Shown here: positions 1 to 9,077 of the stretch, one piece after another
How positions within the stretch are numbered: the stretch's first letter is position 1
How the letters are laid out: each line of letters begins with the position of its first letter
Source: a candidate division WOR-3 bacterium
GTDB taxonomy: Bacteria > Hydrothermota > Hydrothermia > B15-G9 > WFZT01
Direction of reading: 5' to 3'
NCBI GenBank assembly: GCA_027053075.1
Contig: JALUEE010000047.1
Span: forward strand, 32,001 to 96,000
Length of the DNA stretch: 64,000 nt
The notes under the pieces: model-generated
Told to the model about the DNA's origin: nothing
Database searches by the model: none
The model's input: the letters and a program-made list of their open reading frames with translations, nothing else
Translations under genes and position numbers: made by a program

Positions 1-917
1 TTAAATCCACGCGTTCTATCACCTTCGTAAATATAACTCGAATCAAGCACAAATTTACTCGCCGTTCCATCCGTATCATAAAAACCAAGCACAGTAGGTA
101 ACATTGGATTCGAAACGTCATACACGTAAATGCCTCTCGTCCAGTGAGTGACGACACAGTAGTTTCCAAGAACCTTAACGTCCCAGGCATAACTACCAGG
201 GTCATAGCTACCGAGATAGACCGGATTTGTGGGGTCGGCAACATTTAGAGTAACAAGTCCATTTCCGCCATATGCAATATATGCAACTGTGTCTTTAACC
301 CATATTCCGTAGGCGTATGAAGTTCCGAGACTCCAGGAATTTACAAGCGTCGGGTTGGATGGATCAGAAATATTTAGAATTTTTATCCCATTCCCATAAT
401 CGGCAATGTATGCGAGTGTATCCTGGACAAATACTGATAATACTGCATCCACATTGTTACTAAATCTTCCCACCTGAACAGGTGCTGCAGGGTTGGAAAC
501 ATTGTAGATTCCGAGACCATACTCCCTTGCCGCAACGTATAGAAGCGTATCCTCCACCCAGAGACCGAGAACACGCCACGTGGTGTCAGCCGTAACCGTG
601 GCTATCACATGGGCACTATCTACGTTGTGAACATCAGCCACTGAGAAACCAGTGTAAGAATTTGCAATGTAAAGATATCCATTTTGATACTTCAAACCGT
701 GCACAATATCTGGCGTATAAAACCAGTTCAAAACCTGAGGATTGGAGGGCGTTGAAACATCCACTATCAAAACAGCAGCTCCTCCACCAATGTAAAGAGT
801 ATCTCCATGTTTGGCAACCGCCTCAGAAGGCCCCCACAATGCGCGTGATACAAGGTTTAATCCCTGTGCTCCAACAACCCCCACGGTCAGGGTTAGCGCC
901 AACAATAACTTCTTCAT
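1..917 (-). CDS. Secreted LVIVD-repeat beta-propeller protein (runs off left edge of window)
   Basis: Manual translation from ATG at 917 (AGGAGGT RBS upstream): signal peptide MKKLLLALTLTVGVVGA, then repeated LIVDVSTPSNP / LGIYNVSNPAAP / IKILNISDPSNP / LVTLNVADPTNP units; no stop before position 1. Confidence 0.85.
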   Translation of the reverse strand, partial: MKKLLLALTLTVGVVGAQGLNLVSRALWGPSEAVAKHGDTLYIGGGAAVLIVDVSTPSNPQVLNWFYTPDIVHGLKYQNGYLYIANSYTGFSVADVHNVDSAHVIATVTADTTWRVLGLWVEDTLLYVAAREYGLGIYNVSNPAAPVQVGRFSNNVDAVLSVFVQDTLAYIADYGNGIKILNISDPSNPTLVNSWSLGTSYAYGIWVKDTVAYIAYGGNGLVTLNVADPTNPVYLGSYDPGSYAWDVKVLGNYCVVTHWTRGIYVYDVSNPMLPTVLGFYDTDGTASKFVLDSSYIYEGDRTRGF

Positions 918-1138
918 AACTTTACCTCCTTTTTATATCGAGGTGATATTATAACCCTATTCGCTGCGGAGAATAAACCGACAATTAAATAAAAATACAA
1001 GTAAAATGATGATTTATGCACTGACCGGATAAAAATAAAAGTGCCGAAAATTCCAGATTACCGTTAAAAGGGGGCCTCTGCCTCTATCCAGCGTGCGTAA
1101 TGATGAGAGGGAGTTACCTCTCGTCAAAGGCACGGATG

Positions 1139-1987
1139 TCATTTAACAATAAGTATTTTTCTGAAATTTTTCCCCGTCCTTAGCAAATAAAATCCAGATT
1201 TAGGAACTCCCCGGATTCTCCTCCCGGTTATATCAAATAATTCTCCATCCGGAATGGGGATTTTCCCGGCTGAAATTATTGCTTTTTCTTCAATAGATAC
1301 GGAATTTAACGCATTCTCGATAATTTGAATAAACCATCCCCAATCACTTCCCGAATCTGGCAACTCCGATGCAAAATTCGTGCTGTCTCTGTCACTATCC
1401 TCTTCGATTTCTGGGTGAACACCACTTAAGATAACCTTACCGTCCCCGTAATTTAGTTCGATGATAGCAGGTTCATTATTGACATTGTAAATAGCTATGG
1501 TATCAAAATTTCCGCCAGAAAAATATGGGCCTCCGTAGTAGAGGACCCATTCCGTTGAATCCTGCAAATTAATAGATGCCATGTTGTAGCTTGGCCATGG
1601 GGCGATCGAATCAATTGGACCAATAGCCGCTCCACTGTAAAGTGAGAGCGGATAAGAATATGACCTGCCTTCCCAGATCACGGTTCTTGACGCAAAGTAA
1701 GCCCCAGCGCAGATACCAACATAAACTCCACCATTCTGGACGAAACTTCTTATGTGAGAGATACCCGCAGAGTTTATGTTTCGCCTGTAATTGACAGCCC
1801 ATCCTCCGGGGATCACAAGAACGTCGTAAGCATTTAACGGACTGGAATTAATAAAGCTGGCGTTAACAGTATCCACGTAAAAATTATAAAACCTGAACAT
1901 CTGGATCAGGGCAACTTTGCCATCATCCCACACACCTTGACCGGTAAACAACGCCACCCTGAATGCGAGTATCATGAGCAAAAGCAT
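1139..1987 (-). CDS. BPL-N (class I glutamine amidotransferase-like) domain protein with signal peptide and C-terminal sorting-like tail
   Basis: VLVIPGG, YVGICAGAYFA, GVHPE motifs; C-terminal LFDITGRRI...GFYLLR tail. Confidence 0.75.
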   Translation of the reverse strand: MLLLMILAFRVALFTGQGVWDDGKVALIQMFRFYNFYVDTVNASFINSSPLNAYDVLVIPGGWAVNYRRNINSAGISHIRSFVQNGGVYVGICAGAYFASRTVIWEGRSYSYPLSLYSGAAIGPIDSIAPWPSYNMASINLQDSTEWVLYYGGPYFSGGNFDTIAIYNVNNEPAIIELNYGDGKVILSGVHPEIEEDSDRDSTNFASELPDSGSDWGWFIQIIENALNSVSIEEKAIISAGKIPIPDGELFDITGRRIRGVPKSGFYLLRTGKNFRKILIVK

Positions 1988-2644
1988 GTAAAGATTTTAC
2001 AAGCAAAATGTGTCTGAAAGCAAATTACAGATAATTGAGATCAGGGCTCATCAATCTAAGTCGCACTTATTTGTGCAAGTTATTTCTACTCTCTACCATG
2101 CTAAATACTCATTCCAGGGATATGAGCATGAGGTTCTCTCGGGATTATAACATAGACATTCATCTTCTGCTTGCTTGGGTGTAAATCAATAACAACCAGG
2201 AACTTCTCTAAGCATAGTCTCCAGGGAGGTATAGATCGAATCGGAAGACGGGGGAGGATGTCTTATATTTCGCTGATTCTTGCATTTTGGCTTCATGTTC
2301 GCGTTTTGAGCTGTTTCAATACGTCTTTTATGAGTAAAAGGGAATAACACCGTAGGAAGAAATTCTTTAACTTCCTTAATAATTCTCCCGTTTGCGGCCT
2401 GAAAGATGAATCGAAGAGGTTGAAAATTCCCCCATGTTCTGCGCTCATCAGAGTTAGAGCTCTATTTCTGGGTCTTTGTAAACGTCTGGAGGTTCGTATG
2501 TTCCGGGGTCGTCAGAGTTGCCGAGCTTTTCCAGTTGTTTGTCTTGCATGTCGAGAATTTTCTTCTGTTCCCCTGATCGTTGATTATCCTTTTTCCACTT
2601 TCTCTGCAAGCGTTGTCCTGAAAAAAATGGTAATTGGAAAAACT

Positions 2645-2807
2645 GGTGAGCTCCCTCCCTCGCTTGCGAAGCAAACGGGCTCTTTTACGCTCAGAAACGT
2701 TGGTTGGGATAAGTTAGCGCCCCGCATTTCTCGAAATCTCATTCCGTAGAGGTGTTTGGATAAGTTAGCATTCTTCCCCGCCTGCAAAATAAGTAGGGGA
2801 GCTGCCT
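2645..2807 (-). mobile_element. Possible non-autonomous IS200/IS605-like miniature element
   Basis: Minus strand has a subterminal hairpin (CGTTTGC-TTC-GCAAGCG) followed by GGGAGGGAGCTCAC, and a second imperfect hairpin at the other end; internal direct repeat GCTAACTTATCC x2; no ORF. Confidence 0.3.
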
Positions 2808-3043
2808 GAATTAAATCCAGCTCTGCGTCATGAGCACGGGTATTTGTGAGAAAGTGGATTTCTGGGCACTAAGAATTAAATCAAGCTCTGTGACATAAGC
2901 ACCATCCGCGAGAGAAGAGATTACATTCACGACCTTAAAGACAATAGGAATTAAATCCAGCTCTATAACATAGTCACTTAAAAAACAACGCTGAGCTGGT
3001 TTTGAAAGAGCATGAATTAAAATCAGCTCTATAACACAGTCAC
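2808..3043. CRISPR. Degenerate CRISPR-like mini-array, 4 x 30-nt repeats, unrelated to the main array
   Basis: Repeats at 2808, 2873, 2948, 3014 (consensus near GAATTAAATCCAGCTCTATAACATAGTCAC) separated by unique 35, 45 and 36 nt spacers. Confidence 0.55.
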
Positions 3044-3095
3044 CCTCCCGTGGTTTTTTTGGTAGAACCTTTTTCATAGGCTTTTTCATAGTCAC

Positions 3096-3240
3096 CCTCC
3101 CCCACTTGCTCTGCAAGTGGAGGAGTAGTCCAGTTCCCACCTTCGAAACTAAGGAAGTTTCCCTCCCCCACTTGCCCTGCAAGTGGGGGAGGGCAAGGGA
3201 GGGGGCATTCCGCTTGAAAATTTTAAAAACTTAAGACGTT
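3096..3240. repeat. Tandem REP-like hairpins of the dispersed repeat family
   Basis: Two CCCCCACTTGCnCTGCAAGTGG hairpins; 3196-3240 resembles the reverse complement of 23700-23750. Confidence 0.6.
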
Positions 3241-3299
3241 TATCTTCTTCCCCCTTGCGCAAGTAGGAATATTACTAACCTTTAAGTGACCAAAATTAC

Positions 3300-3502
3300 T
3301 CCAACAAGTTTGGAAAAATTTTAAAAAGACACTGACATCGTCAACTACTATTAGTGGAATCCCAATCTTTTTACGACTAAAGTGTTGAAAATTCACGATT
3401 TCAATAAAAATTAAAGAGTTTTACCATCTTAGTGTCTAAATTTTATTTCCCTACCAAAGCAAACTGCTTGCAGAATCAGCCACTTAAATTTATCATATAT
3501 GT
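3300..3502 (+). promoter_or_regulatory. CRISPR leader (AT-rich, non-coding)
   Basis: AT-rich ORF-free stretch abutting the first intact repeat; the degenerate repeat is at the opposite end. Confidence 0.6.
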
Positions 3503-4789
3503 GTTCCGATCCTACCTACGAGGCATGGAAATTATCATCCACCTGAACGTCCCATGAAGCAGAATCAAGTTCCGATCCTACCTACGAGGCATGGAAATGA
3601 AAAATTCGGAATCAATTGCCCTGTAAGTGAATTGTTCCGATCCTACCTACGAGGCATGGAAATATTGGCCTTGTTCCTGCAGAAAACATAAGAGTGTCTT
3701 TGTTCCGATCCTACCTACGAGGCATGGAAATTTGAGATTGAGAAGTAGCCGTCAGTAGTGGAGATAGGTTCCGATCCTACCTACGAGGCATGGAAATTCC
3801 CCATATTCAGCTCGATATAGTTTTTTCAATTCGTTCCGATCCTACCTACGAGGCATGGAAATTACCTCCTTTTATTTTAATTATCCCTAAACCTAACGTT
3901 CCGATCCTACCTACGAGGCATGGAAATGCTTTGACTGATTGAGGTATGTGGAAAGTAAGTAAAGAGTTCCGATCCTACCTACGAGGCATGGAAATTTTTG
4001 TTTATAATCCCTTTCATAACATTTCTCCTCGTTCCGATCCTACCTACGAGGCATGGAAATGCGATCTTCTCAGAGAAATACGGGAACTAAAAGAGGGTTC
4101 CGATCCTACCTACGAGGCATGGAAATGCAAAAGTCCCAGGTAATTGCCCTGGAGAATCCCTTGTTCCGATCCTACCTACGAGGCATGGAAATCTCCGTTG
4201 CCGGCTAATCCGAATGCAAGGGTATTGGTTCCGATCCTACCTACGAGGCATGGAAATTAGATATCGAGAAGATTCTGAGGCTTCCGGTGTATTGTTCCGA
4301 TCCTACCTACGAGGCATGGAAATCATTTCTATTTTCTAACTTGGGTTTCACAAATTTTTCCCGTTCCGATCCTACCTACGAGGCATGGAAATAAACCAAT
4401 ATCACCAAATCCTATATAATCATGACTTTCGTTCCGATCCTACCTACGAGGCATGGAAATGAATAGACTATAAAAGCCCAGCCGTTTTGAGTTGGTGTTC
4501 CGATCCTACCTACGAGGCATGGAAATTATGTTTGGAAACATGAAATAAAATGGTATAAGAGAGTTCCGATCCTACCTACGAGGCATGGAAATCCGGAAGA
4601 CCCAGAAAAGATAAAGGAACTTGATGTAGTTCCGATCCTACCTACGAGGCATGGAAATACGGTTTTATCCACACCGTACACGGAGTTTGACAGGGTTCCG
4701 ATCCTACCTACGAGGCATGGAAACTCCAATCCTCTTTTAAGACAAATACATACGGCAATGTTCCGATCCTACCTACGAGGCAAAAAATT
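3503..4789 (+). CRISPR. CRISPR array, 20 repeats / 19 spacers, repeat GTTCCGATCCTACCTACGAGGCATGGAAAT (30 nt)
   Basis: Repeat starts counted at 3503, 3569, 3634, 3702, 3768, 3833, 3898, 3966, 4031, 4097, 4163, 4228, 4294, 4363, 4431, 4497, 4563, 4629, 4695, 4760 (last degenerate); spacers 35-39 nt. Confidence 0.98.
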
Positions 4790-4868
4790 TGGTCTATCTT
4801 CTCTGACTCATTGACCTTCTGAGATTGCTTTGAAGATAAAAAATTTTGGGATTTTGAAACGTCCTCCA

Positions 4869-4909
4869 CGCGGTTTTGCCCACAAACGAAGTTTGTGGGC
4901 AAAACCGCG
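4869..4909. terminator. Perfect 19-bp stem hairpin with GAA loop downstream of the array
   Basis: CGCGGTTTTGCCCACAAAC-GAA-GTTTGTGGGCAAAACCGCG. Confidence 0.6.
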
Positions 4910-5003
4910 AAAATACATTCACCCCACCATCAAAAACTATCCCTTCCCATCCCTCCACCTCCAATTCTTGTTTGAAAGCTCCCCATTCGTTAGAATTTTC
5001 GAC

Positions 5004-6878
5004 ATGACCCTGAGGAAAAGACTTTCAATCTACACCATAATTCTCGTAGTGGTTTTCATCACTACCGCCACCGGAATCTATTACGTCATCTCCACAAACT
5101 CCCTCAAAAAGGAACTCTTCTCTCAGGGTGAACTCATGGTCCAGCAGAACATCCTTCTACTTGATGACTTCTTTAGTAATGCAAGGAATATCACCGAGGC
5201 TATTGCAGCCAGCGAAAAACTCAAAAACTACCTCCTCAACCCTTCAAAAACCCTGCAACTTTCCCTCGAACAGGAGTTCCTCCAGATTTATAAAAAAATT
5301 GACATTATCCAGGCAATTAGACTCGTGGATACTTCCGGCCACATTCGTGTGTTTATCAAGGAAGGCGAAATCTTATCAGAAAATCCGCGTTACACAAAAA
5401 TCAGCCTTTCTCACAAAAAATTTTTCATAAAAGCGAGGAATTACAAAGGCAAAGGAGTCATTTTCTCTAATATGGAACGCGGAAAACTCCCCAACGAAGA
5501 AACCTTCTGCCCCTCAATGGTTAGATCCATAAAACCCCTCACTCGCAATAATCAAAGAATTGGATACCTTGTCATAAATTTCTGGGGTGACAAAATCGGT
5601 AGTACACTGAATCTAAACAAAGACCCGGAGAGAAAACACTCATTCCTTGTCGAAATCAACCTCAGAGACTCTACAAGGAATGGCATTTTCCTCTACCACT
5701 GGAACAAAAAATACGAATTTGCTAATCAATTCAGAACCGGTTATACATTTCAGGGAATGTACGGCCCCGACCTCTGGCAAAAATTAACATCTCACAAATG
5801 CGGAGTTATGAGATTAAAATCGGGGGATTTCATGTTTTTCGATACATTCTATCCTTACAAAGATTCTCTGCAGGCATGGAAAGTCTGCTCAATCCTCAAC
5901 CATGATCAATTCTTCAAAAGTGTAGTTTACATCAAAAGATTTTACTTTCTCATTGTCCTTGTATCTATCGTTTTTGTAATAATTTTCTCGCACTCTTTCA
6001 GCCGAAAATTTACAAACCCCATCTGGCAAATCCTTGGACAACTCGAGAGAATTGGCAGGGGAGACCTCTCAGGGATAGACCCCATAAAAGGGGATTACGA
6101 AATTGAAATAATCTCAAAAAGCATAAGCAGCATGGTGGAATCCTTAAGAAAATACATTGAGGAACTCCATGACACTCGCAAAAAGCTTGAAATGCTTGAC
6201 AGACTTTCATCTCTGGCTACCCTCTCAGCAGGTCTGGCCCACGAACTCAGCACACCACTTAATTCGATAATATTGATATCCGAAATGCTCGCAGACGAGC
6301 TCGAAGGAGAAAAGAAAGACGACGTTCTGACTATAAAAAATCAGGCAGAAAGATGCATGAAAATAATTCACAGCCTGAGAGAGTTCTCCGCACGCAAACT
6401 CGAAGACGAGCACATTGAACTTATTCGACTTGGGGAAGTAATTAAAAAATTGAAGCCATTACTCGAGTTCTACGCCTCAAAATTTAACTTTGAAGTCAAA
6501 CTTCAGGATACCGGTCTCATCAAAGGTAATCGCATTCAGATTGAGCAACTCATAATAAACCTGGTGATAAATGCGGTGGACGCCCTGAAAAGCACAAAAA
6601 ATGGGGTTATAAGGCTGGAGACATTTAATGAAAACGGACATGTTGTCCTGAAAATTGAGGATAACGGTGAGGGAATTTCCAACGAGCACATAAACAGGAT
6701 TTTCGATCCGTTTTTCACAACAAAGGATGTGGGGAAAGGAACAGGTCTTGGCTTATCTATTGTTCACGGGATCATAAAATCCCACGGTGGGCATATCGAC
6801 GTAAAATCCGAGAAAGGCAGGGGGACTATTTTTATCATAAGATTTCCGGAGGCAAAAAATGAAAATTCTATTAATTGA
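5004..6878 (+). CDS. Membrane sensor histidine kinase (periplasmic sensor, HAMP, HisKA, HATPase)
   Basis: Two TM segments, H-box GLAHELSTPL, N-box NLVINAVDA, G boxes DNGEGI / FDPFFTTK / GTGLGL; start moved to ATG 5004, just before TM1. Confidence 0.92.
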   Translation: MTLRKRLSIYTIILVVVFITTATGIYYVISTNSLKKELFSQGELMVQQNILLLDDFFSNARNITEAIAASEKLKNYLLNPSKTLQLSLEQEFLQIYKKIDIIQAIRLVDTSGHIRVFIKEGEILSENPRYTKISLSHKKFFIKARNYKGKGVIFSNMERGKLPNEETFCPSMVRSIKPLTRNNQRIGYLVINFWGDKIGSTLNLNKDPERKHSFLVEINLRDSTRNGIFLYHWNKKYEFANQFRTGYTFQGMYGPDLWQKLTSHKCGVMRLKSGDFMFFDTFYPYKDSLQAWKVCSILNHDQFFKSVVYIKRFYFLIVLVSIVFVIIFSHSFSRKFTNPIWQILGQLERIGRGDLSGIDPIKGDYEIEIISKSISSMVESLRKYIEELHDTRKKLEMLDRLSSLATLSAGLAHELSTPLNSIILISEMLADELEGEKKDDVLTIKNQAERCMKIIHSLREFSARKLEDEHIELIRLGEVIKKLKPLLEFYASKFNFEVKLQDTGLIKGNRIQIEQLIINLVINAVDALKSTKNGVIRLETFNENGHVVLKIEDNGEGISNEHINRIFDPFFTTKDVGKGTGLGLSIVHGIIKSHGGHIDVKSEKGRGTIFIIRFPEAKNENSIN

Positions 6879-8145
6879 AGACGACGCTGTATTATGCAAA
6901 ACGCTCGCGAAGATCCTGAGAAAGTATCATCACGTGGATGCATTCACAGACTCTCAAAAAGCGCTAAACCACCTTTCGTCCACTACTTATGATGTAGTTC
7001 TAACAGATGTTCGTATGCCTGGAGTCTCTGGCATAGACATTTTACAGCATGTCATGACTCATTCACCTGGCACGCATGTAATTTTATTTACGGGATACGG
7101 GACGGTTGATGAGGCGGTTCGTGCCATAAAAATGGGAGCATACGATTACATTCTGAAACCAATCGATACCACTTATCTCCTTTTGAAGCTTGAAAAGCTT
7201 GAAGAGATGAACTGCGATTTCCTTGCAAAATCTGAAGTCAATCTTGTGTATCAAAGTCAGGCAATGAAGTCCGTCGTGGATATGGCCCTCAAAGTGGCTC
7301 AAACTGATTCCACTGTGCTCCTAACTGGCGAAACCGGCGTGGGGAAAAATCTTGTTGCAAAACTCATTCATCTGAACAGCAAAAGGAAATCGAGGAAATT
7401 CCTCTCGTTTAACTGTGCGAATCTTCAGGAATCTCTCTTCGAGGGAGAATTATTTGGATATCGCAAGGGGGCATTTACGGGCGCAGTGAATGATAAAAAG
7501 GGCATTATCGAGCTTGCTCACAGGGGAACACTGGTGATTGACGAAATAACCGAAATGCCAGTGAACATTCAGGCAAAATTTCTAAAATTCCTCGAGGAAA
7601 AGGCCTTTTTTAAGCTCGGAGATAATGAACAAACCCGGGTTGATGTTAGAATAATTGCTATCACAAACAAAGACATTGAATCAATGGTGAAAAGTGGAAA
7701 GTTCAGGGAAGACCTGTTTTACAGAATAAATGTTTTCAGGATTCATATCCCACCTTTGAGGGATAGGAAAGAAGACATTCCTGTTCTTGCTCGCTATTTT
7801 CTTGATAAATTCAAAGAGATAAATCCAGGAATTACTGGAATTTCCGATGAAGCAATGGAAAAGCTCATGGCCTACGATTACCCCGGGAATGTGCGGGAAC
7901 TCTCAAACATCATTGAAAGGGCGATGATACTTTCGAGAAGTGAGAGGTGGATTCTTCCCCATCACATAACAACTCTTTTTGGCAGACCACAGGTAACGAA
8001 CCTGAGTCTTGATGAGCTAACAAGACGACATATTTTATCGGTACTTCAATTTACCGGAGGGGACAAATCAAAAGCCGCGAAGATACTTGGAATTGACCGC
8101 TCTACCCTGTACAGGAAGCTGAAGGAGTATGGGATAGAGGTATAG
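6859..8145 (+). CDS. Sigma54-dependent response regulator (NtrC/AtoC family)
   Basis: Receiver (IEDD, DVRMP), Walker A GETGVGK, intact GAFTGA, FREDLFYRINV, PGNVREL, C-terminal Fis HTH. Confidence 0.95.
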   Translation: MKILLIEDDAVLCKTLAKILRKYHHVDAFTDSQKALNHLSSTTYDVVLTDVRMPGVSGIDILQHVMTHSPGTHVILFTGYGTVDEAVRAIKMGAYDYILKPIDTTYLLLKLEKLEEMNCDFLAKSEVNLVYQSQAMKSVVDMALKVAQTDSTVLLTGETGVGKNLVAKLIHLNSKRKSRKFLSFNCANLQESLFEGELFGYRKGAFTGAVNDKKGIIELAHRGTLVIDEITEMPVNIQAKFLKFLEEKAFFKLGDNEQTRVDVRIIAITNKDIESMVKSGKFREDLFYRINVFRIHIPPLRDRKEDIPVLARYFLDKFKEINPGITGISDEAMEKLMAYDYPGNVRELSNIIERAMILSRSERWILPHHITTLFGRPQVTNLSLDELTRRHILSVLQFTGGDKSKAAKILGIDRSTLYRKLKEYGIEV

Positions 8146-8165
8146 ATAGTCGGGAGTGACCAATT

Positions 8166-8635
8166 GAGTCTGTTCGAAAGTTCATTCTTTAATATCTACA
8201 TTTGGGAAACAACTGAACCTAAGTTTCCTCTCTCCCACGCAGAGCGTGGGAGAGGGTTTTAAAAGGGTGACACTCCGCTTGAAGATTAGAAGTTTAGGAT
8301 AACGATCTCATGTAGGGTTGAAAAGGGAGTTTGAATACTCATTTTATACGAAAACTTTGAATTATGTTGCCCCTCTCCTTTTATCCTCTCCCCGCAAGTA
8401 TTTATGCGGGGAGAGGAGTATTTTGCGTTTGGAAATATTCGGCTCCCAGGTCGATTTTCGAAGGGCTTTAGGTAGGGGGTTACGTCAGAAACTTTCGAGT
8501 GTTATACTACGATAGAGTCATTAGACAGAAATCCTTAAATTCAATCTTTCATCATTTCCTCCATCCCTGGGAATGAAATGGGCAGGGAGATTCCTCTTTA
8601 AATTCCAGATAAATTGAAATTCTTCGAACACACTT
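8166..8635. mobile_element. MITE with perfect 9-bp target site duplication TGACCAATT
   Basis: Ends GAGTCTGTTCGAA / TTCGAACACACTT; TGACCAATT at 8157-8165 and 8636-8644; internal hairpins shared with 51694-51762. Confidence 0.7.
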
Positions 8636-8731
8636 TGACCAATTAAATTTAGAAATTTTTGCATTGATTATCGAGGCGTTCACTGATTCGGGATTGTTTA
8701 GAACAGAGTGGTAGGGTATGTAGAAACGTTA

Positions 8732-8768
8732 TTGGTGCCGCCGCAAGCTTCGCTTGCGGCGGCACCAA
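8732..8768. terminator. Perfect 17-bp stem hairpin
   Basis: TTGGTGCCGCCGCAAGC-TTC-GCTTGCGGCGGCACCAA. Confidence 0.55.
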
Positions 8769-8944
8769 CAAAAAACGGCATTCCACTCGAATAGAATTTC
8801 TTAAACCCCACAAAAGATATTTTCCCCAACCAAAATCAAACCACCACTGATCAACCTGGTCAGCTCTTTTATCTCCGAAAGTTTAGCCCTTTCAACTAAC
8901 CCAAACTTTATCAGTTGCTTCTTGTGTAGATTGAGATATCTTTT

Positions 8945-8961
8945 TGTTGCATTCTGCGACA
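8945..8961. promoter_or_regulatory. Putative upstream activator sequence for the sigma54 regulator
   Basis: TGT-N11-ACA (TGTTGCATTCTGCGACA) about 70 bp upstream of a -24/-12 promoter. Confidence 0.45.
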
Positions 8962-9030
8962 TAATTGACACCAATCGTCTCATTTTAAGACTGATGGCAT
9001 CCGAAATCCCCTAATTTACTTACAAAGCTG

Positions 9031-9046
9031 TGGCAGAAAAATTGCA
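9031..9046 (+). promoter_or_regulatory. Sigma54 (-24/-12) promoter
   Basis: TGGCAGAAAAATTGCA: exact GG-N10-GC spacing, upstream of the cytochrome RBS and next to an NtrC-family gene. Confidence 0.8.
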
Positions 9047-9077
9047 TCTCACTCTCCGACAAAAGGAGGTGAAGTGT

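Noticed and set aside
921..935. Self-targeting of spacer 6 against the LVIVD gene RBS
   Set aside because: Only about 12-13 nt of shared SD-type sequence; expected by chance
2811..3182. 123-aa ORF with VIELDLI repeats as a real gene
   Set aside because: Starts within REP-like hairpins, has no RBS, and the 65-nt period of the last unit breaks the frame; better explained as a DNA repeat, though not fully excluded
3946..4902. Short ORFs over the CRISPR array
   Set aside because: They are translations of repeats and spacers (recurring SDPTYEAWK / FPCLVGRIGT)
4830..5003. N-terminal extension of the histidine kinase
   Set aside because: Runs through a hairpin and promoter; ATG 5004 directly precedes TM1
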